Source of the DNA: Chiloscyllium plagiosum
Lineage: Eukaryota
Length of the DNA stretch: 64,000 nt
NCBI RefSeq assembly: GCF_004010195.1
Contig: NC_057757.1
Coordinates: 7,956,458 to 8,020,457, forward strand
Direction: 5' to 3'
Below are positions 51,264-63,993 of this stretch, piece by piece; position 1 is the first letter of the stretch, and each line of letters starts with the position of its first letter. Under the pieces are notes generated by a model that saw nothing but the letters and a program-made list of their open reading frames with translations, did not search any database and had not been told where the DNA came from. The position numbers and the translations under genes are program-made.

Positions 51264-51815
51264 CTGTGGGGCAAACAGATTGGTGTTAACCCTGACTGGT
51301 AAGGATGCTTTGGAAAGCAGCATTTTAAACGCCTAACGTGGGTTAACTTTACCATGTAACCCTGCATTTCCTAATTAATATTAAAGATGTGCAAATGTCC
51401 CCTTGTACCAACTGCCCTTCAGCTGTCAACTACCTTTCACATGTGATCAACCATCTCCCTAAAGGAGACTTAACTCATACCTGCTCCCTCATCTACTCCA
51501 CATTAACACGGGAACCTCAAAATATTAATACTTTTCCAACAGACTCAAACTACCATATTTGGTAAACACTGCCAACACATTTTAATGCCTTGCCATCCTT
51601 ACTCCTTCAGTGAGAAAGATTACTTCAGTTCAGGGCCAAATTAATAAATGATAAATATTTATGTCACAATCCTGGCCATTGAAAACTCAGCATCGATTTC
51701 TAAAGCCCATGACCACGTACACATTTCACAAAATTAATTCTCCGACTTGGCCCGTGTGTTATCAGTGTCTTGTTCGTAGCAAACGATAACGAGGTAATTA
51801 AAATGATATATTTAC

Positions 51816-51842
51816 CGTGGTGGTGGCCATAATTGTAAGGTC
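51816..51842 (-). CDS. Micro-exon type A, 27 nt (GPYNYGHHH)
   Basis: ttgttccacag|GACCTTACAATTATGGCCACCACCACG|gtaaatat. Confidence 0.75.
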
Positions 51843-52378
51843 CTGTGGAACAAAGAGATTTGAGTCAGCGTGTCTGGAGGCAATGGTTCCACATGTACAA
51901 CATACAGTATTCCCATTTTGCAGCATTGTCAATGATCAGAAAAGCTCACAGGGCTTCACATAAAGGCTGTGCTGATCAGCAGGAGCTGTTACCATCAGGT
52001 TGGAGGGTGAGATTTTCATCAATGTCTGGGGAGATACTGAAAGGTCTACCCTGATCTAACTCTCTCTATTGTGTTCCAGCTTCTCTATTGATCTGAAAAC
52101 CCTCAGCCTGGGCAATTGCTGCCCGAGCCCCCGTGGACAACATTCCAAATCTTTTGAACCTGCCAATGTGTGACTGTTCCAAACGGACAGATTACCTCAG
52201 CTCTGGTCAAATAACTGACAGGTCCATGTCTCTGAGATCACCCTAGCTTTTACACTGGCCTGCTAGCTTTTGAAAAGCTTTGGGATGCTGGAGATTTTGT
52301 TTTCACAGTTAAACAGCTTGCCATCCAATTGCTCTGTAATAACGAAGGACAAGGAATTCACTGGAATCATATATTTAC

Positions 52379-52402
52379 CATAATCCCCGTAACCACCTTT
52401 TC
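52379..52402 (-). CDS. Micro-exon type B, 24 nt (GKGGYGDY)
   Basis: tttactccacag|GAAAAGGTGGTTACGGGGATTATG|gtaaatat. Confidence 0.75.
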
Positions 52403-53462
52403 CTGTGGAGTAAACAGATTGGTGTTAATCTTGAAACTTTGGAAAGCAGCATTTTAAATGCGTGTTTATTGTAACAGGTAACCCTTCATTTCCGAATGAT
52501 TCATCATAGATTTTAAAATAGCCACATTGGTTGTAGTTCTGTTGAACATTTAGGCAAACACACTGACATCAAAGGAATGGGGAGATACCATACACTGAAG
52601 CCTCCTTATCTTGACACATTATATCCAAATCAGCTCGATGATATAGACTGAGCCTCTGTAAATCAGGATTGGCTGGCAAGGGTGAATCTGATCAATCTGA
52701 ATTTCCTCTCTTGTAAATTAGTTTAACATTGTCTCAAACATATTCCTAATGTCTTACGAATGGATTTGAACCTCATTGGGGCGAACAAGTCTTTCTTTAG
52801 TTTTACATCCTCTGTTTTGTTACAACTGTCTGGGGTCTAAGATGTTGGATGTGAAGGCTGGTGTGGTGGTAAGTGAGGGAAGGTTGAGGGTGGAAATGCA
52901 GGAGATGGATTGAACGTGGCTGAGGGCCCTGTCACTATGGTAACATGGGACTGTGGCTGAGGAGAAAGATGGACCTTTCTCAGGCTCCTTTACAGAAGGT
53001 GGAATAGATGTGATGGAGACACATCTGGGATGGAATCGTTACAGGAAGTAGGGTGTGAGGGTGTATAATCTCTCTCTGTACAGATGCTGGGAGTCGCTGG
53101 GTTTATAGTGTGTGGTCTGTCCCCAGAAATGGAAATACAGGCATAAAAATACAATGGTTCAATGGACATTGTACAATATTCCCAACTTGCTTTGTTGTCA
53201 ATGATGAGACAAGCTCAGAGGTCTTCACATAGATTTTTTGTAAGTATTTTCAATCCACGCTGGTCAGAGATTTTACATCACCGCTCTGGAGCAGGTGGGA
53301 GTAATCCTGGATCTCCAGGCTTAGAGGTCAGGACACTACCACCAATGCAGAGATACCATGCACTGAGGCCTCCTTATCTCTGCAGCACAAGAGCCCTCAG
53401 GATTGGAGTTAATGGTGTACAAATGTCCCCTCGCACCAACTGTGCTTCAGCTGTCAACTATC

Positions 53463-54006
53463 TTGTGCACAGTGTGGTCCCCTTAGTTGAGGAAAGATGT
53501 AGTAATATTAGAGGCAGTTCAGAGGAGGCTCACGAGATTGATGCCAGAGATGAGGCGTTTGTCGTAGGAAGGGAGATTGAACAGTTTAGGCCGATACTCT
53601 CTGGAATTTAGAAGAATGAGGGGAGATCAAATGGATGTATTCAAGATGATCAAAGGTGTGGATAACATCGATGTAGAGTGGATGCTTCCTCTTTTGGGGC
53701 ATTCTGGGACGAGAGGTCACAGTCTTTAGATAACGGGAAGCAACTTTACAACAGAGTTGAGGAGAAACTACTCCTCCCAAAGGGTTGTGAATCTGTGGAA
53801 TGTGTTACCCCAGAGTCGGGTGGATGCTGGGACAGAGAGTAAATTTAAGGAGGAGTTAGAAAGATGTTTAACAGGTAATGGATTGAAGAGTTGAGGGGAA
53901 AGAGCAGGAAAATGGGGGTGATGAGCACATCAGTCAGGATCGAGTGTGGAGCAGACTCGATGGGCCGAATGGCCTAATTCCCCTCCTACATCTTGCGAAC
54001 ATATGA
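53463..54006 (+). mobile_element. CR1-type 3' fragment inserted in an array intron
   Basis: Interrupts gctgtcaacta|cctttcacatg; truncated derivatives at ~55720-55797 and ~58398-58474. Confidence 0.85.
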
Positions 54007-54392
54007 CCTACCTTTCACATGCGATCAACCATCTCACTACAGGAGACTCCACTCAGCCTGCTCCCTCATTTACTCCACATTAACACGGGGACCTCAAAAT
54101 ATTAATACTTTCCTAACTGACTCAAACTACCATATTTGGTAAATTCTGCCAACACGTTTTAATGCCTTGCCATCCTTACTCCTTCAGTGAGAAAGATTAC
54201 TTCAGTTCAGGGCCAAATTAATAAATGATAAATATTTATGTCACAATCCTGGCCTTTGACAAGGCAGCATCGATTTCTAAAGCCTATGACCACGTACACA
54301 TTTCACAAAAACATTTCTATGGCTTGGCCCTTGTGTTATCAGTGTCTTGTTCAGAGCAAACAGTACCAAGGGAATTGAGATGATATATTTAC

Positions 54393-54419
54393 CGTGGCGG
54401 TGGCCATGATCGTAAGGTC
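54393..54419 (-). CDS. Micro-exon type A, 27 nt (GPYDHGHRH)
   Basis: ttgttccacag|GACCTTACGATCATGGCCACCGCCACG|gtaaatat. Confidence 0.75.
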
Positions 54420-55987
54420 CTGTGGAACAAAGAGATTTGAGTCAGTGTGTCTGGAGGCAATGGTTCCACATGTACAACATACAATGTTCCCAACTTACAG
54501 CATTGTCAATGATCAGAAAAGCTCAGAGCGCTTCACGTAAAGGCTCTGAGCTGATCAGCAGGAGCTGTTACAATCAAGTCCTTGCAATATAAATGCCATC
54601 ATTGCATTTCCCTTCCTAAATACGGACTCAACCTGCAAGTCTATCTTGAGATAATCAAAAAACCCCAAGTGTCTTTGCACTCTGTACTCAGCTCTGCCCC
54701 TTTACTCTCTTGAATTTTTGGGACCTTAGTCACGTATTCCACCAGGAAGAGTGAGGCAAAGTAATTACCAATCTCTCAGCCATTTCCATGTTCCCCACTA
54801 TTATCTCTCCATTTTGGCCTCTATTTTGGCCTGTGTATATCTGAAGAAATCTTTCAGTCCTCCTTTCTAATACTGGTTAGCTTATCCTCATATTTAATTT
54901 TTCCCTCTTTATTCCTTGTTTTACTGCCCTCTGTTGGTTGTTGTAAGCTCTGTGATTTTTTTTAATCAAAGGGCAAGTCCCTGTTTATATATTTTTTGTT
55001 TGTTTTAAACCCCACACTACCGCCTAACTGCAGTAGTAGCTCTGTGATAAATACTATGCCTCTACAGATCAGGATTGGCTGGCAAGGGTGAATCTATGAT
55101 CTGATCAATCTGAATTTCCTCTCTTGTAAATTAGTTTAACATTTTCCAAAAACATGTTCCTAATCTCTAACGAATGGATTTGAACCTCATGGTGTGAACA
55201 AGTCTTTCTTTAGTTTTACATCCTCTGTTTTGTTCCAACTGTCTGGGGTCTGAGATGTTGGATGTGGAGGCTGGTGTGGTGGTAAGTGAGGAAATGGGGC
55301 ACCAGATGTGATGAGATAGAGAATGGGATGGGAGAATGGGATGGAATCCTGACAGGAAGCAGGATGTGTGGGTGTGTAATCTCTCTCTGTACAGAATGTG
55401 GAAGCCACCAAGTTTGTAGCATGCCGGCGGGTCCCAAGAAATGAAAATACAACCGTTCCATGGACCTTACACAAATTTCGCAACTTGCAGTGTTGTAACG
55501 ATCAGAAAACCTCAGAGGATTTCATATCGATTTTTTTGTAGGTATTTTGAAACCTGACTGTTCAGAGGTTTTATACCACCACTCTGGAGCAGATGGGAGT
55601 AATCTTGGATCTCCAGGCTGAGAGGTCAGGACACTACCACTGCTGCACAAGAGCCCTCAGGATTGCAGTTGATGGTGTACAAATGTCCCCTCGCACCAAC
55701 TGTGGTTCAGCTGTCAACTATCTTGTGCACAGTGCGGTCCCCTTAGTTGAGGAAAGATGTAGTAACATCAGAGGCAGTTCAGAGGAGGCTCACAAGATTA
55801 CTTCAGTTCAGAGCCAAATTAATAAATTATAAATATTTATGTTACAATCCTGGCCATTGGAAAATCAGCATTGATTTCTAAAGCCTACGGCCACATTTCA
55901 CAAAAACACTTCTACAACTTAGTCTGTGTGTTATCAGCGTTTTGTTCATAGCAAATGATAATGAGGTAATTGAAGTGATATATTTAC

Positions 55988-56014
55988 CGTGGTGGTGACC
56001 ATGACCGTAAGGTC
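55988..56014 (-). CDS. Micro-exon type A, 27 nt (GPYGHGHHH)
   Basis: ttgttccacag|GACCTTACGGTCATGGTCACCACCACG|gtaaatat. Confidence 0.75.
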
Positions 56015-56551
56015 CTGTGGAACAAAGAGATTTGTGTTACTGTGCCTGAAGACAATAGTTCCATATGTACAACATACAATATCCCAACTCGCAGCACTGT
56101 CAATGATCAGAAAAGCTCAGAATGCGAAAAGTAAAGGCTCTGAGCTGATCAGGAGGAGCTGTTACCTTCAGGTTGGAGGGTTAGATTTTCTTTAATGTTT
56201 GGGGAGATACTGAAAGGCCTACCCTGATCTAATTCTCTCTATTGTGTTCCAGCTTCTCTATTGATCTGAAAGCCCTCAGCCTGGGCAATTGCTGCCCGAG
56301 CCCCCGTGGACAACATTCCAAATCTTTTGACCCTGCCAATGTGTGACTGTTCCAAACGGACAGATTACCTCAGCTCTGGTCAAATAACTGACAGGTCCAT
56401 GTCTCTGAGATCACCCTAGCTATTACACTGGCCTGCTAGCTTTTGAAAAGCTTTGGGATGATGGAGATTTTGTTTTCACAGTTAAAAGGCTTGCCAGCCA
56501 AGTGCTTTGTAATAACGAAGGACAAGGAATTCACTGGAATCATATATTTAC

Positions 56552-56575
56552 CATAATCCCCGTAACCACCTTTTC
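56552..56575 (-). CDS. Micro-exon type B, 24 nt (GKGGYGDY)
   Basis: tttgctccacag|GAAAAGGTGGTTACGGGGATTATG|gtaaatat. Confidence 0.75.
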
Positions 56576-56683
56576 CTGTGGAGCAAACAGATTGGTGTTA
56601 GCCCTGGCCGGTAAGGATACTTTGGAAAGCAGCATTTTAAATGTCTAACGTGTGTTCACTGTAACATGCAACCCTTCATTTCC

Positions 56684-57058
56684 NNNNNNNNNNNNNNNNN
56701 NNNNNNNNNNNNNNNNNNNNNNNNNNNNNNNNNNNNNNNNNNNNNNNNNNNNNNNNNNNNNNNNNNNNNNNNNNNNNNNNNNNNNNNNNNNNNNNNNNNN
56801 NNNNNNNNNNNNNNNNNNNNNNNNNNNNNNNNNNNNNNNNNNNNNNNNNNNNNNNNNNNNNNNNNNNNNNNNNNNNNNNNNNNNNNNNNNNNNNNNNNNN
56901 NNNNNNNNNNNNNNNNNNNNNNNNNNNNNNNNNNNNNNNNNNNNNNNNNNNNNNNNNNNNNNNNNNNNNNNNNNNNNNNNNNNNNNNNNNNNNNNNNNNN
57001 NNNNNNNNNNNNNNNNNNNNNNNNNNNNNNNNNNNNNNNNNNNNNNNNNNNNNNNNNN
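56684..57058. other. Assembly gap inside the micro-exon array
   Basis: Run of N between two B exons; may hide one or more A exons. Confidence 1.
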
Positions 57059-57304
57059 GTGGACAACATTCCAAATCTTTTGAACCTGCCAATGTGTGAC
57101 TGTTCCAAACGGACAGATTACCTCAGCTCTGGTCAAATAACTGACAGGTCCATGTCTCTGAGATCACCCTAGCTATTACACTGGCCTGCTAGCTTTTGAA
57201 AAGCTTTGGGATGCTGGAGATTTTGTTTTCACAGTTAAATAGCTTGCCAGCCAAGTGCTCTGTAATAACGAAGGACAAGGAATTCACTGGAATCATATAT
57301 TTAC

Positions 57305-57328
57305 CATAATCCCCGTAACCACCTTTTC
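57305..57328 (-). CDS. Micro-exon type B, 24 nt (GKGGYGDY)
   Basis: tttgctccacag|GAAAAGGTGGTTACGGGGATTATG|gtaaatat. Confidence 0.75.
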
Positions 57329-58670
57329 CTGTGGAGCAAACAGATTGGTGTTAGCCCTGGCCGGTAAGGATACTTTGGAACGCAGCATTTTAAATGTCTA
57401 ACGTGTGTTAACTGTAACATGCATCCCTTTGTTTCCTAATGATTCATCGTAGACTTTAAAACAGCCACGTTGGTGTAAAGCTATTAAACACATAGCCAAA
57501 CACACTGACACCAAAGGAATGGGGAGGTACCGTACACTGAGGCCTCCTTATCCTGACACATTATATCCAGATCAGCTCTGTGATATACACGGAGTCTCTA
57601 TAAATCAGGATTGGCTGGCAAGGGTGATTCTATGATCTGATCAATCTGAATTTCCTCTCTTGTAAATTAGTTTGAAATTGACCCAAAACATATTCCTAAT
57701 CTCTAATGAATGGATTTGAACCTCATGGTGTAAACAATTCTTTATTTTGTTTTATATCCTCTGTTTTGTTCCAACTGTCTGGGGTCTGAGATGTTGGATG
57801 TGGAGGCTGGTGTGGTGGTAAGTGAGGAAATGGGGCACCCTCTCATTGCTGAGGGAAGGCAGGGAAGGGGTGAGGGTGGAACTGCAGGAGGTGGATTGAA
57901 CGTGGCTGAGGGCCCTGTCATCACGGTAACATGGGACTGTGGCTGAGGAGGAAGGTGGACCTTTCTCAGGCTCCTTTACAGAAGGTGTGACAGATGTGAT
58001 GGAGATGGAGAATGGGATGGAATCCTGAAAGGAAGCAGGATGTGTGGGTGTATAATCTCTCTCTGTACAGAATGTGGAAGCCACCAAGTTTATAGCATGC
58101 CGGCATGTCCCAAGAAATGAAAATACAATCGTTCCATGGACCTTACACAAATTTCCCAACTTGCAGTGTTGTCAACGATCAGAAAACCTCAGAGGTCTTC
58201 ATATCGAGTTTTTTGTAGGTATTTTGAAACCAGACTGTTCAGAGATTGTATACCACCGGTCTGGGGCAAATGGGAGTAATCTTGGATCTCCAGGCTGAGA
58301 GGTCAGGACACTACCATTGTTGCACAAGAGCCCTCAGGATTGCAGTTAATGGTATACAAATGTCCCCTCGCACCAACTGTGGTTCAGCTGTTAACTATCT
58401 TGTGCACAGTGTGGTCCCCTTAGTTGAGGAAAGATGTAGTAACATTAGAGGCAGTTCAGAGGAGGCTCACAAGATTACTTCAGTTCAGGGCCAAATTAAT
58501 AAATTATAAATATTTATGTTACAAGCCTGGCCATTGGAAAATCAGCATTGATTTCTAAAGCCTACGGCCACGTACACATTTCACAAAAACACTTCTACGA
58601 CTTAGTCTGTGTGTTATCAGCATCTTGTTCATAGCAAATGATAATGAGGTAATTGAAGTGATATATTTAC

Positions 58671-58697
58671 CGTGGTGGTGACCATGACCGTAAGGTC
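58671..58697 (-). CDS. Micro-exon type A, 27 nt (GPYGHGHHH)
   Basis: ttgttccacag|GACCTTACGGTCATGGTCACCACCACG|gtaaatat. Confidence 0.75.
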
Positions 58698-59234
58698 CTG
58701 TGGAACAAAGAGATTTGTGTTACTGTGCCTGAAGACAATAGTTCCATATGTACAACATACAATATCCCAACTCGCAGCACTGTCAATGATCAGAAAAGCT
58801 CAGAATGCTAAAAGTAAAGGCTCTGAGCTGATCAGGAGGAGCTGTTACCTTCAGGTTGGAGGGTTAGATTTTCTTTAATGTTTGGGGAGATACTGAAAGG
58901 TCTACCCTGATCTAACTCTCTCTATTGTGTTCCAGCTTCTCTATTGAACTGAAAGCCCTCAGCCTGGGCAATTGCTGCCCGAGCCCCCGTGGACAACATT
59001 CCAAATCTTTTGAACCTGCCAATGTGTGACTGTTCCAAACGGACAGATTACCTCAGCTCTGGTCAAATAACTGACAGGTCCATGTCTCTGAGATCACCCT
59101 AGCTATTACACTGGCCTGCTAGCTTTTGAAAAGCTTTGGGATGATGGAGATTTTGTTTTCACAGTTAAACAGCTTGCCATCCAAGTGCTCTGTAATAACG
59201 AAGGGCAAGGAATTCACTGGAATCATATATTTAC

Positions 59235-59258
59235 CATAATCCCCGTAATCATCTTTTC
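59235..59258 (-). CDS. Micro-exon type B, 24 nt (phase 1: GKDDYGDY)
   Basis: tttactccacag|GAAAAGATGATTACGGGGATTATG|gtaaatat. Confidence 0.75.
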
Positions 59259-59869
59259 CTGTGGAGTAAACAGATTGGTGTTAGCCCTGGCCGGTAAGGA
59301 TACTTTGGAAAGCAGCATTTTAAATGTCTAACGTGTGTTCACTGTAACATGCAACCCTTCATTTCCGAATTATTCATCATAGACTTTAAAACAGCCACGT
59401 TGGCGTAAATCTATTGAACACATAGCCGAACACACTGACACCAACGGAATGGGGAGGTACGATACACTGAGGCCTCCTTATCCTGACACATTATATCCAG
59501 ATCAGCTCTGTGATATACACTGAGTCTCTGCAAGTCAGGATTGGCTGGCAAGGGTGAATCTGTGATCTGATCAATCTGAATTTCCTCTCTTGTAAATTAG
59601 TTTAACATTATCCCAAAGTATATTCCTAATCTCGTTTTAATGCCTTGCCATCCTTACTCCTTCAGTGAGAAAGATTACTTCAGTTCAGGGCCAAATTAAT
59701 AAATTATAAATATTTATGTCACAATCCTGGCCACTGAAAAATCAGCATCAATTTCTAAAGCCTATGACCATGTACACATTTCATAAAAACACTTCTACAT
59801 TTGGCCTGTGTGTTATCAGTGTCTTGTTGATAGCAAATGATAATGAGGTAATTGAAGTGATATATTTAC

Positions 59870-59896
59870 CGTGGTGGTGGCCATGATCGTAAGGTC
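59870..59896 (-). CDS. Micro-exon type A, 27 nt (phase 1: GPYDHGHHH)
   Basis: ttgttccacag|GACCTTACGATCATGGCCACCACCACG|gtaaatat. Confidence 0.75.
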
Positions 59897-60340
59897 CTGT
59901 GGAACAAAGAGATTTGTGTTACTGTGCCTGAAGGCAATAGTTCCATATGTACAACATACAATATTCCCAACTCGCAGCACTGTCAATGATCAGAAAAGCT
60001 CAGAACGCTTCAAGTAAAGGCTCTGAGCTGATCAGCAGGAGCTGTTACCTTCAGGTTGGAGGGTGAGAGTTTCTTTCATGTTTTGGGGAAGATACTGAAT
60101 GTTCTAGCCTGATGTAACCCGGTCTATTTTGTTCCAGCTTTTGCATTGAACTTAAACTCCTCAGACTTGGCAAATTCTGCTCAAACCCACATGAGCACAA
60201 ATCTTTGGATCTTCCCAATGTGAGACTGTTCCAGCTGGGCAGATTACCTCAGCTCTGTTCAAATAACTGATATATCCATGTCTCTGAGGTCATCCTAGCT
60301 TTTACAATCACCTGAAAGCTGTCTAAAACCTTGGGGATGA

Positions 60341-63300
60341 GACCACAACGTATAGGAGCACAAATTAGGCCATTCAGCCCATCCAGTCTGCTCTGCCATT
60401 CAGTCATGGCTGGTAGGTTTCTCAACACACTCTCCCACTTACTCCCCATAATGCTTGATCCCCTTTACAATCAAGAACCTATCTATCTCCATCTTAAATA
60501 TACCCAATGACCTGGCCTCCACAGCCTTCTGTGGCAGTGAATCCCATAGATTCCCCATTCTCTGGCTGAAAACATTATTCCTTATCTCCATTCTAAAAGC
60601 TCTTCCCTTTACTCTGAGGCTGTGCCCTCGGGTCCTAGTCCCTCCTCTCAATGGGAAACATCTTCCCAACATCCTCTCTGTCCAGGCCATTTGTTATTCT
60701 GGCTGTTTCAATTAGATCCTCCCTCATCCTTCTGAACTCCATTGAGTAAAGACTCAGAATCCTCAAACATTCCTCATAAGTTAAGTTTTTCATTCCTGGG
60801 ACCATTCTCTGAACACGGTCTAAGGCCCGTCTATCCTTCCTGAGATATGGGGCCCAGACCTGTACTCAATACTCCAAATGTAGTCTGGCCAGAGCCTTAT
60901 AGATCCTTAGAAATATGTCCCTGCTTTTATCTTCAAGTCCTTTCAGATTGCATTTGCCTTCCTAACCACTGACTTAACCTGCAAGTTTACCTTGAGAGAA
61001 TCCTGGACTAGAACACCCAAGTCTCTTTGCAATTTCTGAATTTTCTCCCCATTTAGAAAACAGCCCATGTCTCTGTTCTTCCGACCACATTGTACTCCAT
61101 CTGCCACTTCTTTGCCCACTCTCCTAACCTGTCCAAATCTTTCTATAGCCTCCCCGCCTCCTCAATACCACCTGTCCCTCTACCTATCTTTATATCGTCT
61201 ACAAACTTTGCCAGAATGCTCTCCGTTCATTCATCTAGCTCGTTAATGTATCAAGTGAAAAGTTGTCCCATCACCGAGCCTTGCAGAACACCACTTGTCA
61301 CCGGCTGCCATCCTGAGAAGGCCCCTTTTATCCCCACTCTCTGCTTCCTGCCAGACAGCCAAGCTTCTCTCCATGCTAGCACCTTACCTCTGACACCATG
61401 GGTCCTTATCTTCCTCAGCAGCCTCCTGTGTGGCACCTTGTCAAAGGACTTCTTGTAGTCCAGTTAGATAACATCCATTGACTCCACTTGGTCTATTTTG
61501 CTTATTCAAAGAATTCTTGCAGATTTGTCAGGCATGACCTGCCCTTGATGAAACTATGCTGACTTTGCCCTATTTTAACATACGCTTCCAAGTTTTCGGA
61601 AATCTCATCCTTCACATTGGATTCCAGGATCTTACCCATGACCAAGGTTAGGTTAACCGTTCTGTAATTTTCCATCTTTTGCATTACTCCCTTTTTCAAC
61701 AGGTGATTTTCCAGTCCTCTGGGACCTTCCCTGACTCTCGTGATTCCTGAAAGATCACCACTAACGCCTCCACTATTTCTTCAGCGATCCATCTTAGAAC
61801 TCTGGGGTGTAGTCCATCTGGTCCAGGTGATTTATCCATCTTCAGGCCATTCAGTTTTTCTGGCACCTTCTCCTTGGCGATGGCCACCATACCCAGCTCT
61901 GCCTCCTCACTCTGTTGAAGTTTTGGGATATTACTCATGTCTTCCACTGTGAAGCAATTATTCATTGCCTTGTTCCCCACTTCTCTCTCTCCAGTGTCAT
62001 TTTCTAGCAGTCCAATGTCTCTCTTTTTGCCTCTCTTTTGCCCTTTATATATCTGAAGAAGCTCTTACAGTCCTCCTTTACATTACTGGCTAGCTTACCC
62101 TCCTATTTAATCTTCTCCCTCCTTATTTCTGTTTTTGTTACCATCTGTTAGTATTTGTAAGCTTCCCAATCCTCTGGTTTCCCACTGCCCTTCCCCACAT
62201 TATGTGCTTTCTCTTTTGCTTTTATACTACCCCTGCCTTCCCCAGTCAGCCATCGCTGCCTCATCCTCCCTGTCCCATGCTTCCTTTCTCTCGGGATGAA
62301 TCTCTGCTGTGTCTCCTGAATTACTCCCAGAATCCCCTGCCAATTGTTGATCCCCTACCTTTCCTGCCCGGCTCCACTCTCAGTCAATTCTCTCCAGCTC
62401 TTCCCTCATGCCTCTGTAGTTGCCTGTATTCAGCTGTACTACTGTAACCTCTGATTCTATCTTCTCCCTTTCATATTGCAGAGTAAATTCTATCATAGTA
62501 TGGCCACCTTAAGTTCCCTGATCAAGTCTGCATCATTGTACAACACTAAATCCAGTATTGCCTGTTCCCTAGTGGGCTCCACCACAAGCCATCTCAGAGA
62601 CATTCCACAAATTCCTTTTCTTGCAATTCACTACCAACCTGATTATCCTGGTCCCCCTGCATATTGAAACTCCCCCATGATCACTGTAACCTTGCCTTTC
62701 CTACTCATCCTTTCTATCTCCTAGTGTACCTAGCACCCCAGTTCATGACTACTGTTTGGAGGCCTGTACATAACTCCAGCTGTGGTTGTTTTAACCAATG
62801 CGGTTCCTCAATTCACCCCATACAGATTCTATACCATCTGACCCTACGTTGTCTCTTCCTATTGGTCTAATTTCATTTCTTATTAACAAAAGTCAACCCC
62901 AACTCCTTTGCAAACCTACCTGTCTTTTCAGTAGGTTGTATATCCTCGAATATTCAGCTCCTAATCCTGATCCCCTTGCAGCCACGTCTCCGCGATGCCC
63001 ACCACGTCATACCTACCTATTTCGGTCTGTGCCACAAGCTCATTTACCTTATTCCTTAAACTGCGTGTATTCAGATATAACACCTTGAGCCCTGTATTAA
63101 CCATCCCTCTTCTCGTTGTCATTCGTTTGTCCAGTGTGCTTGCAGTTTGATTGCTAACCTTGTCCATAAACCCTTCCTACGTGTGTCTGTCCTGGAGATT
63201 TTAATAACCTCTCCTGAGTTCTGAACTCTTACCTCCTCCTTTAATTCAGATTTTCTAATGTCCCCAATAACTGAACCCTCAGCCCCTCCCCATTTAGTTT

Positions 63301-63897
63301 AAAGCCATGTTTATTGCCCTAGTTTTGTGATTCACTCCGAGGTCCCAGCACAGTTCAGGTGAAGACCGTCCCATTGGAACAGGTTGGCTCTTTCCCAGTA
63401 CTGGTGCCAATGTCCCTTGAATTCAACCCCATTTCTCCCACACCAATCTTTGAGCCATACATTTACCTGCTTAATCTTATTGATTCTGTGCCTTGGCTCG
63501 GGTGGTAATCCAGAGACTGTTACCTTTCGTTTCTGCTTTTTTAGTGTAGCTCCTATCTGTTCATGCTCCCTGGGCAGAAACTCTGCCCCAGTTTTATTGA
63601 TGTGGTTGGTACCTACGTTGACCAGGACCACTGGATTTTTACCTTCCTAGTCCAGGTTCCTCAGCAGCCCAGATGAGAGATTCCGAATCCGAGCACCAGG
63701 CAGGCAACTCAACCTTCAGACCTCTCGGTCCTGGTCACAAGGAATAGTGTTTAAGCCTCTAACAATACTATCCCCAATTACAACAAGATTTCTCTTCTCT
63801 CCCCCCCACCTGCACCCACGGAGCTGCGGTCAGTCAGCTCATCCTCCCTGCAGGCCCCATTCCCCTCCACACAAGGACCAAGAATCCTGAACCTGTT
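60341..63897 (-). mobile_element. CR1 LINE ~3.6 kb with ORF1 SGNH-esterase remnant and decayed ORF2; 6-bp TSD
   Basis: VNVGTNHI...DGLHLN (esterase), YLNTRSL...GIAETWL (APE), DKSPGPDGLHPRVL; GGATGA at 60335-60340 and 63898-63903. Confidence 0.92.
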
Positions 63898-63993
63898 GGA
63901 TGACAGACATTTTGTTTTCACAGTTAAACAACTTGCCATCCAAGTGCTCTGTAATAATGAAGGACAAGGAATTCACTGGAATCATATATTTAC

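Noticed and set aside
16208..57172. ORFs containing long X runs
   Set aside because: Artefacts of translation through assembly gaps.
52580..59490. Possible third micro-exon type (GATAAGGAGGC...TAYG) at ~52590, 53355, 57530, 59460
   Set aside because: Lengths and splice sites are inconsistent among copies (21-23 nt, donor lost in one, in-frame TAA); at most a dead exon.
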